DNA of 43,928 nucleotides from a virus: UHGV virus genome UHGV-0428293; one strand, 5' to 3'. Shown piece by piece: positions 42,173 to 43,928 of this stretch (position 1 is its first letter; each line of letters starts with the position of its first letter). The notes under the pieces were generated by a model. It saw only the letters and a program-made list of their open reading frames with translations, ran no database searches and was not told where the DNA came from. The position numbers and the translations under genes were made by a program.

Positions 42173-42359
42173 GTGTTTTATCCTTAGGAACTTTAACCGG
42201 TACGCCTCTCAAAATACCGACCAGCACATTACGCTGGGCATATTCATCTGTATCCAAAAAAACCAAAGCTGCATTTACCCGACCTTCAAGCTCAATAAGC
42301 TTTCTATATTCATTGGCAGAAATTTCAACTGTTCTTTCTTCCATCTTGCAAACCTCCAT
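42162..42359 (-). CDS. Hypothetical protein (65 aa)
   Basis: ORF in the early operon. Confidence 0.4.
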   Translation of the reverse strand: MEVCKMEERTVEISANEYRKLIELEGRVNAALVFLDTDEYAQRNVLVGILRGVPVKVPKDKTHDE

Positions 42360-42531
42360 AATCTCTGATATAATCAGACTGAGTTATTTTTTGTATCCGG
42401 TCGTTTAGCTCTGTCAAGCTGACGACCTTTTTTATTGGCTTACCATATCCGGTGTACCGGCTGGCATTTACCATTTTCCCTGCCCGGTTGGTTCCGTTCC
42501 TCCTGCGACTCACAGCATCACCGCCAGACAT
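42325..42531 (-). CDS. Hypothetical protein (68 aa)
   Basis: ORF in the early operon. Confidence 0.4.
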   Translation of the reverse strand: MSGGDAVSRRRNGTNRAGKMVNASRYTGYGKPIKKVVSLTELNDRIQKITQSDYIRDYGGLQDGRKNS

Positions 42532-42636
42532 ATCAGTAACATCCCGCTTAATACCATCACCGCGGCGGTCAGCCCACGGATAATCATACGGTCCTTCTGC
42601 CGCTGTGTCAGATGTGTCCTGCCAACAGGCATGTAT

Positions 42637-42864
42637 TCAAGCTGTTTCAACAAATTTCATCTCCTTCCCGGTCAATTGCAGAAGTATCTGTAATTTTTCT
42701 ATTGTCAGTTTTTCAGGGTTGGCTTTACGCTCTCTAAACGAGCTTGTACAAAAACCCAAATACAAGGCCAGCTCATTATCATCAAAGTTATTTCTTATTT
42801 TGGCTTCTTCTATCAGCAACCGGATGCTGTCCTTTTGCCATTCTGACGGCTTCTTAGATTTCAC
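42637..42864 (-). CDS. Hypothetical protein, possibly DNA-binding (75 aa)
   Basis: Helical. NELALYLGFCTSSFRERK is HTH-like. Confidence 0.4.
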   Translation of the reverse strand: MKSKKPSEWQKDSIRLLIEEAKIRNNFDDNELALYLGFCTSSFRERKANPEKLTIEKLQILLQLTGKEMKFVETA

Positions 42865-42882
42865 GACCTCACTTCCTTTCGT

Positions 42883-43095
42883 TTATACATTCCAGGATAA
42901 ATTATCTTCTACTATCTCTTTTACATCCACACCAAGAGCATTTGCCATGCGTCCAGCACACACAGGTGTAACTTCCCGCATATTTAAAATAACATTCATA
43001 CGCGCTCGGCTCACTCCATACCGTTTGGAAAGATTTGTTATAGTCAAAGAATTTCTAGCCAGAGCAATATCAATTTTATCTCTACTAAGTTTCAA
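42883..43095 (-). CDS. XRE-type HTH protein (70 aa), TTG start
   Basis: LTITNLSKRYGVSRARMNVIL. AGGAGG lies 9 nt before the TTG. Confidence 0.55.
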   Translation of the reverse strand: MKLSRDKIDIALARNSLTITNLSKRYGVSRARMNVILNMREVTPVCAGRMANALGVDVKEIVEDNLSWNV

Positions 43096-43111
43096 CTCTT
43101 ACTACCTCCTA

Positions 43112-43210
43112 TCAAATTTTAAAATACTGGTAAAGCGCTATTGCTATAATTATTAGTATCTCTGCAATAACAGTGCAAACAACTCCTGCCAAAAATGGAT
43201 TGATGTACAT
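43112..43210 (-). CDS. Possible 32-aa hydrophobic peptide (MYINPFLAGVVCTVIAEILIIIAIALYQYFKI)
   Basis: Not in the ORF track. AAGGAGAT RBS 5 nt before the ATG. A single predicted TM helix. Confidence 0.35.
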   Translation of the reverse strand: MYINPFLAGVVCTVIAEILIIIAIALYQYFKI

Positions 43211-43259
43211 CGTTTATCTCCTTCTCTTCCTCTTGATTCCCCGGCTCTTGCCGTTCTTT

Positions 43260-43523
43260 TTAATCCTGGCTCTCTGTCCCATTCAAATCTCCTTGCGTTC
43301 CTGTGTTGATATTGTTCAGTCCGGTGCCATCCTGGGAAACATAGTCATATGTACCCGCAGTATAAAGCCATGCAGCATTGGTGCCTATCAGCGCCGCCAG
43401 CGTTACCAGGAACGCTATAAACCAATGTTTTGCATTCCTCTTGCTCTGTTCGATTACCTCTACCGCAAAATACTGCTCCAGCCCTTCCCATGTTGGCTTG
43501 TCCTTCTGGTTTTCAATGTTCAT
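43260..43523 (-). CDS. Single-TM membrane protein (87 aa)
   Basis: AGGAGG RBS, partly inside the hairpin CTCCTGT-N10-ACAGGAG. TM segment HWFIAFLVTLAALIGTNAAWLY. Confidence 0.5.
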   Translation of the reverse strand: MNIENQKDKPTWEGLEQYFAVEVIEQSKRNAKHWFIAFLVTLAALIGTNAAWLYTAGTYDYVSQDGTGLNNINTGTQGDLNGTESQD

Positions 43524-43651
43524 AAATATTTTCCTCCTGTGCTTGCGTAATACAGGAGAAAATGGTAAAATATTCCTGTATCCGCATTAGTTTGGTAATG
43601 TGGTTACGGCTCCGGTTGGTGTTCGTATCACCGCCGGGGCATTTTATAAAT

Positions 43652-43928
43652 CTAATCTTCCGCTTCTATGAGTTCTCCATCTTTAAGCGTGTACCATGTA
43701 TCTGCTTTGATGTTTACTCCATCAACAACTACTGCTTTCCAGCTGGAAATTTTACAGCTATTTTGTTCTTCTTCTGCAATAACCAAAATCGAACCTAGCC
43801 CTCCTTTTGCTTTTACCCCTTTTCCTCTTGCAACAGATAATCCGTTTTCGCCTGTTGATGATTTTCCACGACTTGTTGCTGCTCCTCTGTCCCCGGCTGT
43901 TGCTGCTCCGCTGTCCCCGGCTGTTGCT
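43652..43928 (-). CDS. C-terminal part of the repeat-containing protein (ATAGDSGA repeat, then ...GKSSTGENGLSVARGKGVKAKGGLGSILVIAEEEQNSCKISSWKAVVVDGVNIKADTWYTLKDGELIEAED*)
   Basis: Open minus-strand frame from the window end to the stop TAG (plus CTA at 43652-43654). Frame (codon start 43927) and repeat phase continue exactly from position 1 if the sequence is circular. Confidence 0.6.
   Translation of the reverse strand, partial: ATAGDSGAATAGDRGAATSRGKSSTGENGLSVARGKGVKAKGGLGSILVIAEEEQNSCKISSWKAVVVDGVNIKADTWYTLKDGELIEAED
43870..43928 (-). repeat. About 2.4 units of the same 24-bp tandem repeat as 1..120
   Basis: GCTGCTCCTCTGTCCCCGGCTGTTGCT GCTCCGCTGTCCCCGGCTGTTGCT. The array ends on a unit boundary at 43928 and resumes at 1. 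Confidence 0.9.

Noticed and set aside
42605-43550. Plus-strand ORFs 42605..43156 (183 aa) and 43173..43550 (125 aa)
   Set aside because: Both are antisense to well-supported HTH and membrane-protein genes with RBSs. The translations are Ser/Leu/Phe-rich shadow frames.

Overview
The window looks like a complete, circularly permuted temperate siphovirus-type phage genome of about 43.9 kb from a low-GC Bacillota (Clostridia-like) host. It is not a chromosomal prophage. Both window ends lie inside the same 24-bp tandem repeat, with unit phase and reading frame continuous across the 43928->1 junction. The integrase gene (4224..5297) is separated from the endolysin gene (5584..6324) only by an attP-like region carrying a tRNA 3'-end fragment and arm-type direct repeats, as expected for the excised circular form. 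The lysogeny module runs cro-like/antirepressor leftward, then cI-like, a degenerate ImmA-like ORF, two paralogous membrane proteins and the integrase rightward, around two consensus promoters arranged face-to-face. Nearly everything else is on the minus strand. In transcription order: small early regulators, Sipho_Gp157, Erf, DUF968/HNH, winged HTH, Hjc-like resolvase, a replisome organizer with internal iterons, a C5 cytosine methyltransferase, an array of small Cys-rich ORFs with a repeated leader motif and an exact 265-bp tandem duplication, YopX, a second tyrosine recombinase with an XRE regulator, TerS, TerL, portal, a MuF/gp7-like protein and an AP2-HNH endonuclease. These are followed by a roughly 7.5-kb accessory island inside the head module (Cys-rich peptide with C39-like peptidase, region-4-only sigma-like protein, Gly/Cys/Gln-rich proteins, a BclA-C-terminal/C1q-like protein, a plus-strand promoter-operator cassette and a tRNA with anticodon UAU), then scaffold, major capsid, connector, a misplaced holin-like protein, head-tail joining proteins, major tail, chaperones, tape measure, tail tip and duplicated fiber genes, and an M15 peptidase with choline-binding-repeat endolysin. 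All calls rest on ORF structure, ribosome-binding sites and remembered family motifs; no database search was run.
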